Shown here: positions 20,380 to 31,092 of the stretch, piece after piece
How positions within the stretch are numbered: position 1 is the stretch's first letter
How the letters are laid out: each line of letters starts with the position of its first letter
NCBI GenBank assembly: GCA_001786765.1
Contig: MFTH01000008.1
Coordinates: 2,939-66,938 of the forward strand
DNA length: 64,000 nucleotides
Source of the DNA: Candidatus Nomurabacteria bacterium RIFCSPHIGHO2_01_FULL_37_25
GTDB taxonomy: Bacteria; Patescibacteriota; Minisyncoccia; Phycocordibacterales; UBA9973
Direction of reading: 5' to 3'
Notes under the pieces: generated by a model
Databases searched by the model: none
The model's input: the letters and a program-made list of their open reading frames with translations, nothing else
Told to the model about the DNA's origin: nothing
Made by a program: the position numbers and the translations under genes

Positions 20380-20470
20380 AGAAAATTTTTGTCGGTACGG
20401 ATTTTTTGAAGCTTAAAAAATCCTGAAATTGGCTCGCCGTCGCTCGCCAAACCCCTTAAAAACTTTCTTT
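20380..20470. repeat. copy 1 of ~95-nt structured repeat (core GGTACGGATTTTTTGAAGCTTAAAAAATCCTGAA)
   Basis: near-identical to 55787-55886; contains palindrome GGATTTTTT...AAAAAATCC. Confidence 0.7.
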
Positions 20471-20478
20471 TTATTTTT

Positions 20479-20727
20479 CTAATTAGTTTTTATCAACCCA
20501 GCTTTGAGGAGAGTAGCATAGGTGCCTCGTTTTTTCATTGTGCGCATACCTTGAGTTGAGATTTTTATATTTATGAACTTATTTATTTCCGGAACAAAAA
20601 TCCTCTTCTTTTGAAGATTCAAATATTTTCGCACTTTGCCAGTCGGATTAAATTGAGTGGCTCGAGTTCTGTTGGAATACCCGCCTCCAATGATTGAACT
20701 CTTTTTTGTTATTGCGCATGTTTTCAT
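20479..20727 (-). CDS. rpmB: 50S ribosomal protein L28
   Basis: MKTCAITKK...GMRTMKKRG matches L28; start at internal Met of the listed ORF. Confidence 0.8.
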   Translation of the reverse strand: MKTCAITKKSSIIGGGYSNRTRATQFNPTGKVRKYLNLQKKRIFVPEINKFINIKISTQGMRTMKKRGTYATLLKAGLIKTN

Positions 20728-20759
20728 ATATAGTTTCCATATGCTATCATAAACTTTAC

Positions 20760-21392
20760 ATGGAAGCAACTGATAAACTTTTTTATATAGCTGTACTTAT
20801 TATGTCTGTGGTGATACATGAAGTCTCACATGGTTTTGTGGCGGAATGGTTCGGTGACAAGACGGCGCGTTTTGCCGGAAGATTAACATTAAATCCATTA
20901 CCACATGTTGATTTGTTTGGCTCAATAATTTTACCGGCAGTTTTGCTTTTATCAAATTCTCCTTTTTTATTTGGCTGGGCGAAGCCGGTGCCATATAATC
21001 CGGATAATCTAAGTAATAAAAAATGGGGGACGATAGCTGTTGCAGGGGCTGGAGTTTTAGCAAATTTTTCTATTGCAATTATATTCGGAGCTATTATCCG
21101 TCTTTCTACTAATTTTTCCTTACCGGAAGGTTTTTATTTTATAACTTCTATTATCGTTATAATAAATCTAGCTTTGGGTGTATTTAATCTAGTTCCTATT
21201 CCACCACTTGATGGTTCTAAAATACTTTTTTCTCTTTTACCTTATTCTTTCTCTAAAATAGTCTTATTTTTTGAACAATACTCTATATTTTTATTTATTA
21301 TTTTTATTTATTATTTTTTTGTTTATTTTTCTGATTATTTATATTCAATACTCGTTTTTCTTTTTACCTTAATCACCGGTCTTGCAATTTAG
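20760..21392 (+). CDS. site-2 protease family (M50) zinc metalloprotease
   Basis: HEVSHG HExxH in TM helix and LDGS motif; start at MEATDK. Confidence 0.6.
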   Translation: MEATDKLFYIAVLIMSVVIHEVSHGFVAEWFGDKTARFAGRLTLNPLPHVDLFGSIILPAVLLLSNSPFLFGWAKPVPYNPDNLSNKKWGTIAVAGAGVLANFSIAIIFGAIIRLSTNFSLPEGFYFITSIIVIINLALGVFNLVPIPPLDGSKILFSLLPYSFSKIVLFFEQYSIFLFIIFIYYFFVYFSDYLYSILVFLFTLITGLAI

Positions 21393-21496
21393 TTTTTTTT
21401 ATAGTAAATTATTCTAGTGTCTTTTTGGAGTCTTCGGACTTTTTTATTTTCTATTTTTTTAGGAACTATAATCTGGAAATTAGAATCTGGTATGTT

Positions 21497-21925
21497 ATGC
21501 CAACAATTAATCAATTAATCAAAAGACCGAGAGTCAAAGCTCATCCGAAAGACAAGACGGTTGCTTTGACGCGTGGATTTAATGTTCTCAAAAACAGACC
21601 AATCTTTTTTTCGTCGCCTTTCAAGCGTGGCGTGTGTGTAAAAGTCTCCACAACGACCCCTAAAAAACCAAACTCAGCTCTTCGAAAGATCGCGAGAGTG
21701 CGACTTACCAACGGCATGGAAGTCACGGCTTACATCCCGGGCGAAGGACATAACTTGCAAGAACATTCTGTAGTTATGCTTCGCGGAGGACGCGTCAAGG
21801 ACTTGATCGGAGTAAGATATCATATTGTGCGTGGAGTATTAGACACACAGGGAGTTGAAAAAAGGAGACAAGGAAGGTCGCTTTACGGAAATAAAAAACC
21901 AAAAGAAAATGCGAAGAAAAATTAA
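21497..21925 (+). CDS. rpsL: 30S ribosomal protein S12
   Basis: [12 protein letters not shown]...; start at internal Met. Confidence 0.9.
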   Translation: MPTINQLIKRPRVKAHPKDKTVALTRGFNVLKNRPIFFSSPFKRGVCVKVSTTTPKKPNSALRKIARVRLTNGMEVTAYIPGEGHNLQEHSVVMLRGGRVKDLIGVRYHIVRGVLDTQGVEKRRQGRSLYGNKKPKENAKKN

Positions 21926-22379
21926 AAATAGAAATATAATTCAGCCCGACTTTATTTACAATTCTCAAAAATTGGAGAAGTTTATTAACTACATCATGTG
22001 GTCTGGAAAAAAAGAAACTGCGCGAAAAGTGATGTATGCGACTTTTGATGTAATTAAAGAAAAAACAGGCAATCCAAATCCGCTCGAGGTTTTTGATTTA
22101 GCAATGAAAAACGCCGGTCCTTTGACCGAAGTGCGTTCAAAGCGTATTGGTGGCGCAAACTATCAGATACCGATCGAAGTGCGATCTGAACGTCGCATAG
22201 CTTTAGCCATGCGATGGATTCGTGACGCCGCTCGCGGCGGGAAAGGCAAACCAATGCACTTGAAACTCGCCGATGAATTAATCGCCGCTTCCAAAGGAGA
22301 AGGTTCAGCTATTAAAAAGAGAGAAGATACGCACAAAATGGCCGAGGCAAATAAAGCTTTTGCCCACTTTGCTTGGTAG
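21909..22379 (+). CDS. rpsG: 30S ribosomal protein S7
   Basis: S7 signature; overlaps rpsL end. Confidence 0.9.
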   Translation: MRRKIKNRNIIQPDFIYNSQKLEKFINYIMWSGKKETARKVMYATFDVIKEKTGNPNPLEVFDLAMKNAGPLTEVRSKRIGGANYQIPIEVRSERRIALAMRWIRDAARGGKGKPMHLKLADELIAASKGEGSAIKKREDTHKMAEANKAFAHFAW

Positions 22380-22526
22380 TAATGTGATATACTTAACTGG
22401 TCGGGGTTCTAATCATTATTTATATAATCTTTTTGTTTAGCGGGAGTTTCTTTTGGTAGTTGTAAATTTTCAATATTTTTAGCTTAGTAAATTTATTTGC
22501 AAAAAACATTGATTTAGTCTAACATT

Positions 22527-22868
22527 ATGGGTATGAAAATAGAGCGACCTATAAATACTAAAAAAAAAGGAACTATAGAGTTTTTAGTTTACAAAGAAGG
22601 CAAAACTTTTGTTGGTGTTTGTCTGACTTTTGATATTATTGAAGAAGGTAATAATCCAGAGAAATTAATGGAAAGTATCCAAGAAGCAGCTCAAGGGCAC
22701 CTAAAAGTTGTTAGGGAAAAGAATATGCCAGATGATTTGCTTAATAGATATGCGCCAAAAGAATATTGGGATATATACTATAAAGCTATAGAAGATATAA
22801 AGAGCAAGAAATCAATAAAGTCACCTTATAGTTTTCTAATTTTTCCGTATGCCTCGAGGACTGTTTAA
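22527..22868 (+). CDS. hicB: HicB-family antitoxin
   Basis: 113 aa; HicB N-domain-like pattern (FVGVCLTFDIIEEGNNPEKLMESIQEAAQGHL); overlaps the next gene. Confidence 0.55.
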   Translation: MGMKIERPINTKKKGTIEFLVYKEGKTFVGVCLTFDIIEEGNNPEKLMESIQEAAQGHLKVVREKNMPDDLLNRYAPKEYWDIYYKAIEDIKSKKSIKSPYSFLIFPYASRTV

Positions 22869-23088
22869 TTGGTCATATCGAGATGTTATAGATTTCATCT
22901 CTAAAAATGGTTTTGTTTTTTATAAACAAAGAGAGGGTTCTCATGAATATTGGATAAATGAATCAACAAACGCGATTCTAGATATTAACTTTCATGGGCA
23001 AAAAAGTTTTCCACCAAGAACTCTCGAGACTATGATTCGTCAGTCAAAAATCAATAAAAAACTTTGGCGTGAATGGACTTCTCGTTAA
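22849..23088 (+). CDS. hicA: HicA-family mRNA interferase toxin
   Basis: 79 aa; REGSHEYWINESTNAILDINFHGQK matches HicA GSH core. Confidence 0.6.
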   Translation: MPRGLFNWSYRDVIDFISKNGFVFYKQREGSHEYWINESTNAILDINFHGQKSFPPRTLETMIRQSKINKKLWREWTSR

Positions 23089-23243
23089 TTTGCAAAAACT
23101 AGCTTTATAATATATAGTATCGGTAGCGCATGGGGCGCTTTTTATTATTTAATATTTGAATGTGAGCGTGTATTTTCCTTCGAGACAAAAGGTCTCTCAG
23201 GATGGTGATTTTCTAATCGCTTCGCTCAAGAAAAATCAACCAT

Positions 23244-25403
23244 ATGGAACGAGACTATCCTCTAGAAAAAGTTAGAAATTTTGGAATTATCGCGCACATT
23301 GATGCGGGCAAAACGACCACGACTGAGCGTGTTCTTTACTACACAGGCACGAAACACAAAATCGGTGAAGTTCACGAAGGAGAAACCACGACTGATTGGA
23401 TGGAGCAAGAGCGAGAACGCGGAATTACGATTACTTCTGCCGCGGTTACCTGTTTTTGGACACCCACATATGCTCCTAATGATAAAAACAAAAAACATCG
23501 TTTTAATATTATAGATACTCCCGGGCACATTGATTTTACGGTGGAGGTGAAAAGATCTCTGCGTGTTTTAGACGGAGCTGTCGTTGTTTTCGATGGAGTC
23601 GCTGGCGTAGAACCGCAATCAGAAACAAATTGGCGTTACGCTGATGAAGCCAAAGTTCCTCGTGTTTGTTTTATAAATAAATTGGACCGAATCGGCGCTT
23701 CTTTTGAACATTCGTACGCAACTATTTTAGATAGGCTTAGTAAAAAGGCTGTGCGTGTTCAGATCCCTATCGGTCTCGAAGACAAGTTTGAAGGTGTTAT
23801 TGATCTACTGCGAATGAAAGCTTTTTATTTTGAAGGAGAAATGGGCAATCAAGTTATTGAAAAAGACTTAGACACCTTGCCAGAAAATTTGAAAATGGAT
23901 GTGGTGAAATATCATTCTGAACTAGTAGAAAAAATAGTTGAGACGGACGATGCTATGATGACGGAATATTTAGAAGGCATGATTCCAGATCTTGATGTGC
24001 TAAAGAAAACTCTTCGCAAGGCGGTAATTGCGAATCAAATCTTTCCAGTTTTCGCCGGAAGCGCGTTAAAAAACAAAGGTGTTCAGCTAGTGCTCGATGC
24101 GGTGGTGGACTATCTGCCAGCGCCTACGGACATTGCTGCGGTTTCGGGCATTGATCCGAACAACGATGACGCTGTTATCACCAGAAATGCTTCAGATAAA
24201 GAACCTTTTTCCGCTCTCGCTTTCAAGGTGGCGACTGACCCATTTGTCGGTCAGCTTATTTTCTTCCGAGTTTATTCCGGCATACTTTCGGCTGGCAGTT
24301 ATATTTACAATCCCCGCACGCGCAACAAAGAACGCATCGGCCGAATTTTAAGAATGCATGCGAACGACAGAGAAGAAGTGAAACAAGTCTTTGCTGGAGA
24401 AATAGCCGCCGCTGTCGGGCTCAAAGACACTATCACTTCAGATACTATTTGTGATGAAAACAGTCCGATTATTTTAGATAGAATTGTTTTCCCAGAACCT
24501 GTTATCTCGCTTCGCATTGAACCAAAGACCAAAGCCGATCAAGAAAAAATGGGGATGGCTTTGAATAGACTTGCGCAAGAAGACCCTACTTTCAAAGTCA
24601 GCACTGACCAAGAAACAGGCGAGACTATCATTGCCGGCATGGGAGAATTGCATTTGGAAATTATTGTGGATCGAATGAAGCGTGAATTTACTGTGGAAGC
24701 GAATGTCGGCAAGCCTCAAGTAGCATATCGCGAAACGATTAACGGCACAGCTTCTGCTGAAGGGAAATATATTAAACAATCAGGCGGGCGTGGAAACTAT
24801 GGACATGTAAAGATAAAAGTGAAACCGATGGCAATGCTTTCAAAAGAAGAATTGGAAGATTTGCCAAAAAATACAAAGAGGTCTCCCGGTTTTGAATTTA
24901 TCAATACTATTAAAGGAGGAGTAATTCCGCAAGAATATATCGCGCCGTGTGAAAAAGGATTTAAAGAAGGGCTCGACCGTGGAGTTTTGGCTGGATTTAA
25001 GATGGTAAATGTCTCGGTGGAACTTTGGGATGGGAGTTATCATGAAGTTGATTCCAACGAACTCGCTTTCAAAATTGCTTCATCTATGGCAGTGCAGGAT
25101 GCATGCCGTCAGGCAAACCCGGTGATATTGGAACCAATGATGAAAGTGGAAGTTGTCACTCCAGATAAATTTATGGGAGATGTTACTGGAAATCTTTCTT
25201 CTAAACGAGCTCTTATTGAAGGCATGGAAGACAAAGGAATGAATAAAGTTATTCGCGCTATTGTGCCTCTTTCTGAAATGTTTGGCTACATGACTGGATT
25301 ACGTTCTATGACCGAAGGCCGGGCATCTTTTACTATGGAATTCTTTAGGTATGACATAGTTCCGCAAAATGTCGCGGAAGTAATAATATCTTCACGCAAG
25401 TGA
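23244..25403 (+). CDS. fusA: elongation factor G
   Basis: [10 protein letters not shown]-domain, full EF-G length. Confidence 0.95.
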   Translation: MERDYPLEKVRNFGIIAHIDAGKTTTTERVLYYTGTKHKIGEVHEGETTTDWMEQERERGITITSAAVTCFWTPTYAPNDKNKKHRFNIIDTPGHIDFTVEVKRSLRVLDGAVVVFDGVAGVEPQSETNWRYADEAKVPRVCFINKLDRIGASFEHSYATILDRLSKKAVRVQIPIGLEDKFEGVIDLLRMKAFYFEGEMGNQVIEKDLDTLPENLKMDVVKYHSELVEKIVETDDAMMTEYLEGMIPDLDVLKKTLRKAVIANQIFPVFAGSALKNKGVQLVLDAVVDYLPAPTDIAAVSGIDPNNDDAVITRNASDKEPFSALAFKVATDPFVGQLIFFRVYSGILSAGSYIYNPRTRNKERIGRILRMHANDREEVKQVFAGEIAAAVGLKDTITSDTICDENSPIILDRIVFPEPVISLRIEPKTKADQEKMGMALNRLAQEDPTFKVSTDQETGETIIAGMGELHLEIIVDRMKREFTVEANVGKPQVAYRETINGTASAEGKYIKQSGGRGNYGHVKIKVKPMAMLSKEELEDLPKNTKRSPGFEFINTIKGGVIPQEYIAPCEKGFKEGLDRGVLAGFKMVNVSVELWDGSYHEVDSNELAFKIASSMAVQDACRQANPVILEPMMKVEVVTPDKFMGDVTGNLSSKRALIEGMEDKGMNKVIRAIVPLSEMFGYMTGLRSMTEGRASFTMEFFRYDIVPQNVAEVIISSRK

Positions 25404-25439
25404 TTTGGTATTTTTTTAATTTTTTGCTATATTATACTT

Positions 25440-25667
25440 ATGAAACAGTCGCGAAAATTTACTGCGGTCTATAAAAAGTCTGGCAAGTGGTATTCTGGTT
25501 GGATTGAGGAAATTCCTGGCGTAAATACCCAAGGTAGGACATTGACTGAAACTAAAGCTAATTTAAAAGAAGCGCTTTTGCTTATTTTGGAAACTAATCG
25601 TATGCTATCTAAAAAATCCGAAGGCCAATCTATTATCACCCGTGAAAGTCTAGCTGTATTTGCTTAA
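25440..25667 (+). CDS. hicB: HicB-family antitoxin (short)
   Basis: 75 aa; SGWIEEIPGVNTQGRTLTETKANLKEAL pattern. Confidence 0.55.
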   Translation: MKQSRKFTAVYKKSGKWYSGWIEEIPGVNTQGRTLTETKANLKEALLLILETNRMLSKKSEGQSIITRESLAVFA

Positions 25668-25673
25668 TTTCTC

Positions 25674-25868
25674 ATGAAACAGGTTGACCTTATAAAACAT
25701 CTCAGAAAATGTGGATGTATTTTTGTAAGGGAAGGCAATTCGCATAGTGTTTGGTATAATCCACTTACAGGAAGAACCTCTACTGTGCCAAGACATCATG
25801 AGATTAATAATTTTACAGGAAGAAATATTTGTAAAGATTTGGGTGTATCTATAATCAAAAAAAGATAA
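25674..25868 (+). CDS. hicA: HicA-family toxin
   Basis: 64 aa; LIKHLRKCGCIFVREGNSHSVWYNP...VPRHHEINNFTGRNICKDLGV is a near-textbook HicA. Confidence 0.75.
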   Translation: MKQVDLIKHLRKCGCIFVREGNSHSVWYNPLTGRTSTVPRHHEINNFTGRNICKDLGVSIIKKR

Positions 25869-25878
25869 TATAATAAAT

Positions 25879-26523
25879 ATGTTTGAATCTAATCAGGAAG
25901 TTATTGATATATTGGAAAAAACAGGCGCAGTAGTTGGTGACAGTCATTTTGTCTATGTTTCTGGAAAACATGCGCCCGTTTATGTTAATAAAGATTATGT
26001 CTATCCTCACACTGCGTATGTTTCTCGAATTGCGGAAATAATTGCCCAAAAATATAAAGACAGCCCGGTTGATGTTGTGGTTGGACCATCTATCGGGGGT
26101 ATTATACTTTCTCAATGGACAGCTCATCATCTTTCTCGTCTAAAAAGTAAAGATATATTGAGCATTTATACGGAAAAACAAATAGATAAAGATCAAATTT
26201 TTACTAGAGGTTACGATACATATGTCAGAGGGAGGAATGTTTTGATCGTTGAAGATGTGGTTACGACCGGTGGTTCGATAAAAAAGGTTATAAATAGTGT
26301 CCAAAAAAATGCTGGAAGAGTTCTAGCCGCTTGCGCGATAGTCAACAAAGACCCGATAAATATAAATCCAAGTTTTATCGGCGTGCCTTTTGATTATCTA
26401 GCCATTATCGGCATGGATGTTTATGATGCAAAAGACTGTCCATTGTGTGAGCAAAATATTCCCATCAACATCCAAATGGGCCATGGGAAAAAATATTTAG
26501 AATCCAAAAAAATAGCGCAATAA
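25879..26523 (+). CDS. pyrE: orotate phosphoribosyltransferase
   Basis: PRTase motif VLIVEDVVTTGGSI. Confidence 0.75.
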   Translation: MFESNQEVIDILEKTGAVVGDSHFVYVSGKHAPVYVNKDYVYPHTAYVSRIAEIIAQKYKDSPVDVVVGPSIGGIILSQWTAHHLSRLKSKDILSIYTEKQIDKDQIFTRGYDTYVRGRNVLIVEDVVTTGGSIKKVINSVQKNAGRVLAACAIVNKDPININPSFIGVPFDYLAIIGMDVYDAKDCPLCEQNIPINIQMGHGKKYLESKKIAQ

Positions 26524-27354
26524 ATGATTGTTAATAAATACAACAAAAGAGCGAAGAAAATAAATTCATTGCTTTGCGTTGGTTTGGATTCAGACTTTAC
26601 TAAAATTCCAAAGCGTTTTTTGAAATTAAAATTTCCACAATTTGAATTTAATAAGTGGATTATAGATGAAACACACGAATACGCAGTTGCTTATAAAATG
26701 AATAGCGCTTTTTATGAAATGCGCGGAGACAAAGGAATAGCAGAACTTAAGATGACGATAGATTATTTAAATAAAAATTATCCAGATATTTTTACAATTT
26801 TTGATGCCAAGCGAGCGGACATTGGAAATACAAACAATGGATACGTCATTTCTATTTTTGATTGGTTCTGTTTTGACGCGGTAACCTTACATCCATATTT
26901 AGGACAAGAAGCTCTCCAGCCTTTTTTAGACAGAAAAGATAAATGCTCTATTATTTTATGTCGCACTTCGAATCCGGGCGCGGGGGAGTTTCAAGATTTG
27001 GTATTAAAGAAACCCGCCTCCGCCAAAGGCTCCAGCGAGGCAAAGCCACTTTGGCAAATCGTGGCTGAAAAAGTTTCAAAAGATTGGAATAAAAATAAAA
27101 ATTGCATGCTAGTTGTCGGGGCGACTTATCTAAAAGAGATGAAAAAAATCCGTAGTATTATAGGTGGTATGACTTTTCTTGCGCCGGGTATCGGCGCGCA
27201 GGGAGGGGATTTGAAATCAGTGCTTAAATCCGGATTAAATAGTAAAGGTCTCGGTCTCATCATCAATTCTTCCCGCGGTATAATTTTTGCTGAAAATCCA
27301 AAAGAAGAAGCAAAAAAACTTTGCCAAGAAATAAGAAAATACAAAGATAATTAA
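26524..27354 (+). CDS. pyrF: orotidine-5'-phosphate decarboxylase (type 2)
   Basis: LCVGLDSD and DAKRADIGNT motifs. Confidence 0.75.
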   Translation: MIVNKYNKRAKKINSLLCVGLDSDFTKIPKRFLKLKFPQFEFNKWIIDETHEYAVAYKMNSAFYEMRGDKGIAELKMTIDYLNKNYPDIFTIFDAKRADIGNTNNGYVISIFDWFCFDAVTLHPYLGQEALQPFLDRKDKCSIILCRTSNPGAGEFQDLVLKKPASAKGSSEAKPLWQIVAEKVSKDWNKNKNCMLVVGATYLKEMKKIRSIIGGMTFLAPGIGAQGGDLKSVLKSGLNSKGLGLIINSSRGIIFAENPKEEAKKLCQEIRKYKDN

Positions 27355-27361
27355 TGAGTTT

Positions 27362-27392
27362 GACAACATTTTTTTATCTGCTATTATAGTCA
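27362..27392 (+). promoter_or_regulatory. candidate promoter TTGACA-N16-TATTAT upstream of tuf
   Basis: consensus -35 with good spacing; followed by ACTGCACTTTTGCAGT palindrome. Confidence 0.35.
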
Positions 27393-27522
27393 GAACTGCA
27401 CTTTTGCAGTTTTTATGTTGTTTTTTAAAAACAAAGATAAATTATTAGTTAATATATCGTTAGTAATCAAGCCTTAGCGACTGGTTCCTGTACGTTGAGT
27501 TTTGGTTAGTAATAAAAATTTT

Positions 27523-28716
27523 ATGGCAGAAGAATTTAAAAGAGACAGGCCACATATAAATGTCGGCACTATTGGTCACGTTGACCACGGCAAGACTACT
27601 TTGACCGCCGCAATTTTACATGTGCTAAACATGGCTGGAAAGTCAGTGCGACTTCGAGGTGTTGACCAGATCGACAATGCTCCCGAAGAAAAAGCTCGTG
27701 GAATTACTATTAATATTTCTCACAACGAATATTCAACGGATGCTCGTCATTATGCTCATATCGACGCTCCGGGACACGCTGATTATATTAAAAATATGAT
27801 TACAGGAGCGGCGCAAATGGATGGCGCTATTTTGGTGGTTGCGGCGACTGATGGCGCTATGCCTCAGACTCGTGAGCACGTTCTCCTTGCAAAGCAAGTT
27901 GGTGTGCCAAAAATAATCGTATTTTTAAACAAGTGCGATATGGTTGATGATAAAGAAATGATTGACTTGGTTGAAGAAGAAATTCGTGAACTTTTGACCA
28001 AGCAAGGATTTGATGGCGCAGGGGCTCCAGTTATTCGCGGTTCTGGACTCAAGGCTCTTGAATCAAAATCAGCTGATGACGAATGGGCGAAAAAAGTGCT
28101 TGAACTCGTAAACGCTCTTGATACTTATATTCCAATTCCGGTACGAGATATTGCAAAACCTTTTCTTATGCCTGTTGAAGACATATTTTCAATTGAAGGT
28201 CGTGGCACAGTTGTGACCGGAAAAATTGAAAGAGGTGTAATCAAGCTAGATGAGGATGTAGAGATTGTCGGTATTAAACCTACCCAAAAATCAACAGTTA
28301 CAGGTATTGAAATGTTTAATAAGAATCTAAAAGAGGGTATGGCTGGAGACAATGCCGGTATCCTTCTTCGTGGTCTAAAGAAAGAAGATATTACTCGCGG
28401 ACAAGTTCTCTGTAAGCCAGGCACAACTACCCCACATGATAATTTTACTGCTGAAATATATGTTTTGAAAAAAGAAGAAGGCGGACGTCACACCCCATTC
28501 TTTAAAGGCTATAAACCTCAATTTTATATTCGAACAACGGATGTTACGGGTGATGTGACTCTCGCAGAAGGCGCTGAAATGGTTATGCCTGGAGATACAG
28601 TAAAAATTACAGTTAAGTTAGTTACTCCAGTTGCGCTAGAAGAATCCCAAAGATTTGCTATTCGTGAAGGAGGCAAGACTGTAGGAGCTGGAGTAGTTAT
28701 AAAAATTTTAGGTTAG
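27523..28716 (+). CDS. tuf: elongation factor Tu
   Basis: [15 protein letters not shown]-equivalent, NKCD motifs; start at MAEEFKR. Confidence 0.95.
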   Translation: MAEEFKRDRPHINVGTIGHVDHGKTTLTAAILHVLNMAGKSVRLRGVDQIDNAPEEKARGITINISHNEYSTDARHYAHIDAPGHADYIKNMITGAAQMDGAILVVAATDGAMPQTREHVLLAKQVGVPKIIVFLNKCDMVDDKEMIDLVEEEIRELLTKQGFDGAGAPVIRGSGLKALESKSADDEWAKKVLELVNALDTYIPIPVRDIAKPFLMPVEDIFSIEGRGTVVTGKIERGVIKLDEDVEIVGIKPTQKSTVTGIEMFNKNLKEGMAGDNAGILLRGLKKEDITRGQVLCKPGTTTPHDNFTAEIYVLKKEEGGRHTPFFKGYKPQFYIRTTDVTGDVTLAEGAEMVMPGDTVKITVKLVTPVALEESQRFAIREGGKTVGAGVVIKILG

Positions 28717-28748
28717 AATATATTAATTTTGTTCATTAAAAATTAATC

Positions 28749-29213
28749 ATGGCAATAACAGAAAAAAAAGTTTCCGCCAAAGGCGGATCCGTCTCAGGCG
28801 GAAAAAATAAGAAAGAGCCTAAAGCAATTAAAGTTGCAAAAGCGCCTAAGGTTTCAAAAATTTCTCCGCAAAAGCAGAAATCTGTTCGCGCTGATACAAA
28901 AGATGCCAAAGTCATACTGCGTATTCGAGTCCGCGCTTACGAGAGTAAAATCTTGGATGCCTCAGTTAAACAAATCATAGATACGGCGGTTCGTTATGAT
29001 GCGGTGATAGTCGGACCTGTGCCTTTACCCACTGAAATAAAAAAATATACAGTCAATCGCTCTCCTTTTATTTATAAAAACACACGAGAGCAATTTGAAA
29101 TTCGTGTTCATAAAAGGTTGATTGATATCATAAACCCAAATACAAAGACTATTGAGGCTCTTACCAATTTGTCGCTTCCTTCCGGAGTAGATATTGACGT
29201 TAAAATGCTATGA
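28749..29213 (+). CDS. rpsJ: 30S ribosomal protein S10 with ~50-aa Lys/Ala-rich N-terminal extension
   Basis: C-terminal 100 aa match S10 (ILRIRVRAYESKILD...). Confidence 0.85.
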   Translation: MAITEKKVSAKGGSVSGGKNKKEPKAIKVAKAPKVSKISPQKQKSVRADTKDAKVILRIRVRAYESKILDASVKQIIDTAVRYDAVIVGPVPLPTEIKKYTVNRSPFIYKNTREQFEIRVHKRLIDIINPNTKTIEALTNLSLPSGVDIDVKML

Positions 29214-29333
29214 TCCCGTTAGAAGCCGCGATCGCAATTTAAAATATAAACAAAATATGAGATCAGATATTAGTAAAATTAATAACATAAAATGCGAGAT
29301 ATCCGAGTTGTTCGCGATCTGCTTCTAAACGGG
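29213..29333. mobile_element. palindromic MITE-like element E1 (type A), TIR TCCCGTTAGAAGC.../...GCTTCTAACGGGA, flanked by ATGA duplication
   Basis: ~22-bp terminal inverted repeat; ATGA at both flanks; downstream ATGA is the rplC start codon. Confidence 0.75.
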
Positions 29334-29942
29334 ATGAAATTCATTTTAGCAACAAAAGAAAATATGACGGAGTATTTTTCTGAAGAGGGTGTGGTTATCC
29401 CAGTAACGATACTTTCTGCCGGACCCGTGACGGTGACTAGAATTTTTGAAAAATCCAAAGATGGTTATAACTCTGTCCAAGTGGGTTTGGAAAAAAAGTC
29501 CCGACGCCCGAAGGGGTCGGGAGCCCGACCGCAAGCGTCGGGAAAAAATATCCTAAAAGAATTTAGATTAAAATCCGCCGACAAGATAGATGCAAAAAAG
29601 GGCGACAATATTGATGTTTCGGTTTTTGTTCCGGGTGATAAACTCCAAGTCTCCAGCGTATCTAAAGGCAAAGGCTTTCAGGGTGTCGTAAAGCGTCATG
29701 GTTTTAGTGGCGGTCCGCGCACTCATGGTCAAAAACATTCTGAAAGAGAGCCGGGAAGTATCGGAGGAGGACTCCGCACTCATGTTCCAAAGGGAATGAG
29801 AATGGCTGGCAGAATGGGCGGAGATCGCATTACCCAAAAGAATATCAAAGTTGTTTCTGTTGATAAAGAAAATAATATAATGCTGGTAAAAGGAGCAATC
29901 GCCGGCAAACGCGGGACTTTAGTTGAAATAATCAGCAGGTAA
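29333..29942 (+). CDS. rplC: 50S ribosomal protein L3
   Basis: L3 signature; the listed ORF start at 29292 lies inside element E1, so start set at MKFILATK. Confidence 0.9.
29503..29546. repeat. tandem GC-rich double hairpin (CCCGAC-N-GTCGGGA x2) inserted in frame in rplC
   Basis: gtcccgacgcccgaaggggtcgggagcccgaccgcaagcgtcggga; same element at 38072-38115. Confidence 0.7.
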
Positions 29943-29946
29943 TGAA

Positions 29947-30065
29947 CCCCGTTAGAAGTCGCGATCACGATTATGGCGATAATAAAGATATGAAAAAAGA
30001 TAACACAATACAAAAAAATAAAGAAAACTCTGAAAGTGTTGTATCGCGACCTACTTCTAACGGGG
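29947..30065. mobile_element. palindromic element E2 (diverged type A) between rplC and rplD
   Basis: ccccgttagaagtcgcgatcacg ... cgcgacctacttctaacgggg inverted repeat; 3' arm abuts a GTG start. Confidence 0.65.
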
Positions 30066-30727
30066 TGGAAGCAAAAATATACAATCAAAAAGGAGCTGAA
30101 ACCGGGACGATAAGTCTTCCAGAGAAAGTTTTTGCCGTCAAGTGGAAGAGTGACTTAGTGCATCAAGTTGTGCAAAGTATGAGAAGTAATAAAAGAGCAG
30201 GGACTGCCGACACCAAAGACCGTGGAGAAGTTCGTGGTGGAGGTAAAAAACCTTGGAAGCAAAAAGGTACAGGACGCGCAAGACATGGTTCAAGCCGAAG
30301 CCCTATCTGGGTTGGTGGAGGGGTAACGCACGGTCCGCTTGCTAAAAAAAATTATAAAAGAAAAATTTCAAAGAAAATGCGCGCGCAAGCTCTTTTCTCT
30401 GTTCTTTCAAAGAAGCTTAAGGATGAAGAAATTCTTTTTGTGGACACACTTTCTATGTCTTCTATCAAAACAAAAGATGCGGTAAAAGTAGTAGAGAATT
30501 TAGCGAAAGTTACTGATTGGAAAATGAAAGATTCTTCCCTGAAGCCTCGAGTGTTGACTGCGCTTTTTGGACGCAATGAAAAAACAGAAAAAAGTTTTAG
30601 AAATATTCCAGCATTAGAATTAGTATTTTTGAAGAATTTAAATCCATTTGATGTTTTAAATTATAAATATCTTTTAATAGAAAATCCGGTCGAAAGTATA
30701 AAATTTTTAGAATCTCGAGGTCAGTAA
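30065..30727 (+). CDS. rplD: 50S ribosomal protein L4 (GTG start)
   Basis: VEAKIYNQKG... matches L4 N-terminus; upstream part of the listed ORF is element E2. Confidence 0.8.
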   Translation: MEAKIYNQKGAETGTISLPEKVFAVKWKSDLVHQVVQSMRSNKRAGTADTKDRGEVRGGGKKPWKQKGTGRARHGSSRSPIWVGGGVTHGPLAKKNYKRKISKKMRAQALFSVLSKKLKDEEILFVDTLSMSSIKTKDAVKVVENLAKVTDWKMKDSSLKPRVLTALFGRNEKTEKSFRNIPALELVFLKNLNPFDVLNYKYLLIENPVESIKFLESRGQ

Positions 30728-30733
30728 AACAAC

Positions 30734-31012
30734 ATGACAATGATAATTAAAAATCCAAGAATTACCGAGAAAGCGTCTTTTGCGCAAGAGCAAAATGTTT
30801 ATACTTTTGATATTTCTTCCGGAGCTAGCAAAACCAACAAGACTGAGATAAAGAAAGCTATCTTTGCTCTTTACAAAGTAAAGCCTTTGAAAGTAAATGT
30901 TTTACCTGTGCCAAAGAAAAATATTATGTTTAAAGGGCGCGCTGGAGTAAAAGGCGGAGGCAGGAAAGCTTTAGTTTATTTAAAAGCGGGAGATAAAATT
31001 GAATTTATTTGA
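30734..31012 (+). CDS. rplW: 50S ribosomal protein L23
   Basis: L23 signature. Confidence 0.85.
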   Translation: MTMIIKNPRITEKASFAQEQNVYTFDISSGASKTNKTEIKKAIFALYKVKPLKVNVLPVPKKNIMFKGRAGVKGGGRKALVYLKAGDKIEFI

Positions 31013-31092
31013 CACTGAGGCATGACACTGAGGTACTTAGGTCTTGCCTCAGTGAAACAGTGAAAAGAAACACAATAAAACAATAAACAATT

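Noticed and set aside
24097-25043. Several 60-100-aa ORFs in both strands inside fusA
   Set aside because: They are embedded in a 719-aa EF-G gene with full-length conservation. Typical alternative-frame ORFs.
29292-29942. Listed ORF start for rplC at 29292 (MRDIRVV...)
   Set aside because: The first 14 codons lie inside the 3' arm of element E1. The conserved L3 N-terminus begins at MKFILATK (29333).
29942-30064. N-terminal 41 codons of the listed 261-aa ORF for rplD
   Set aside because: This stretch is the translated element E2. L4 homology begins at the GTG (VEAKIYNQKG) at 30065.
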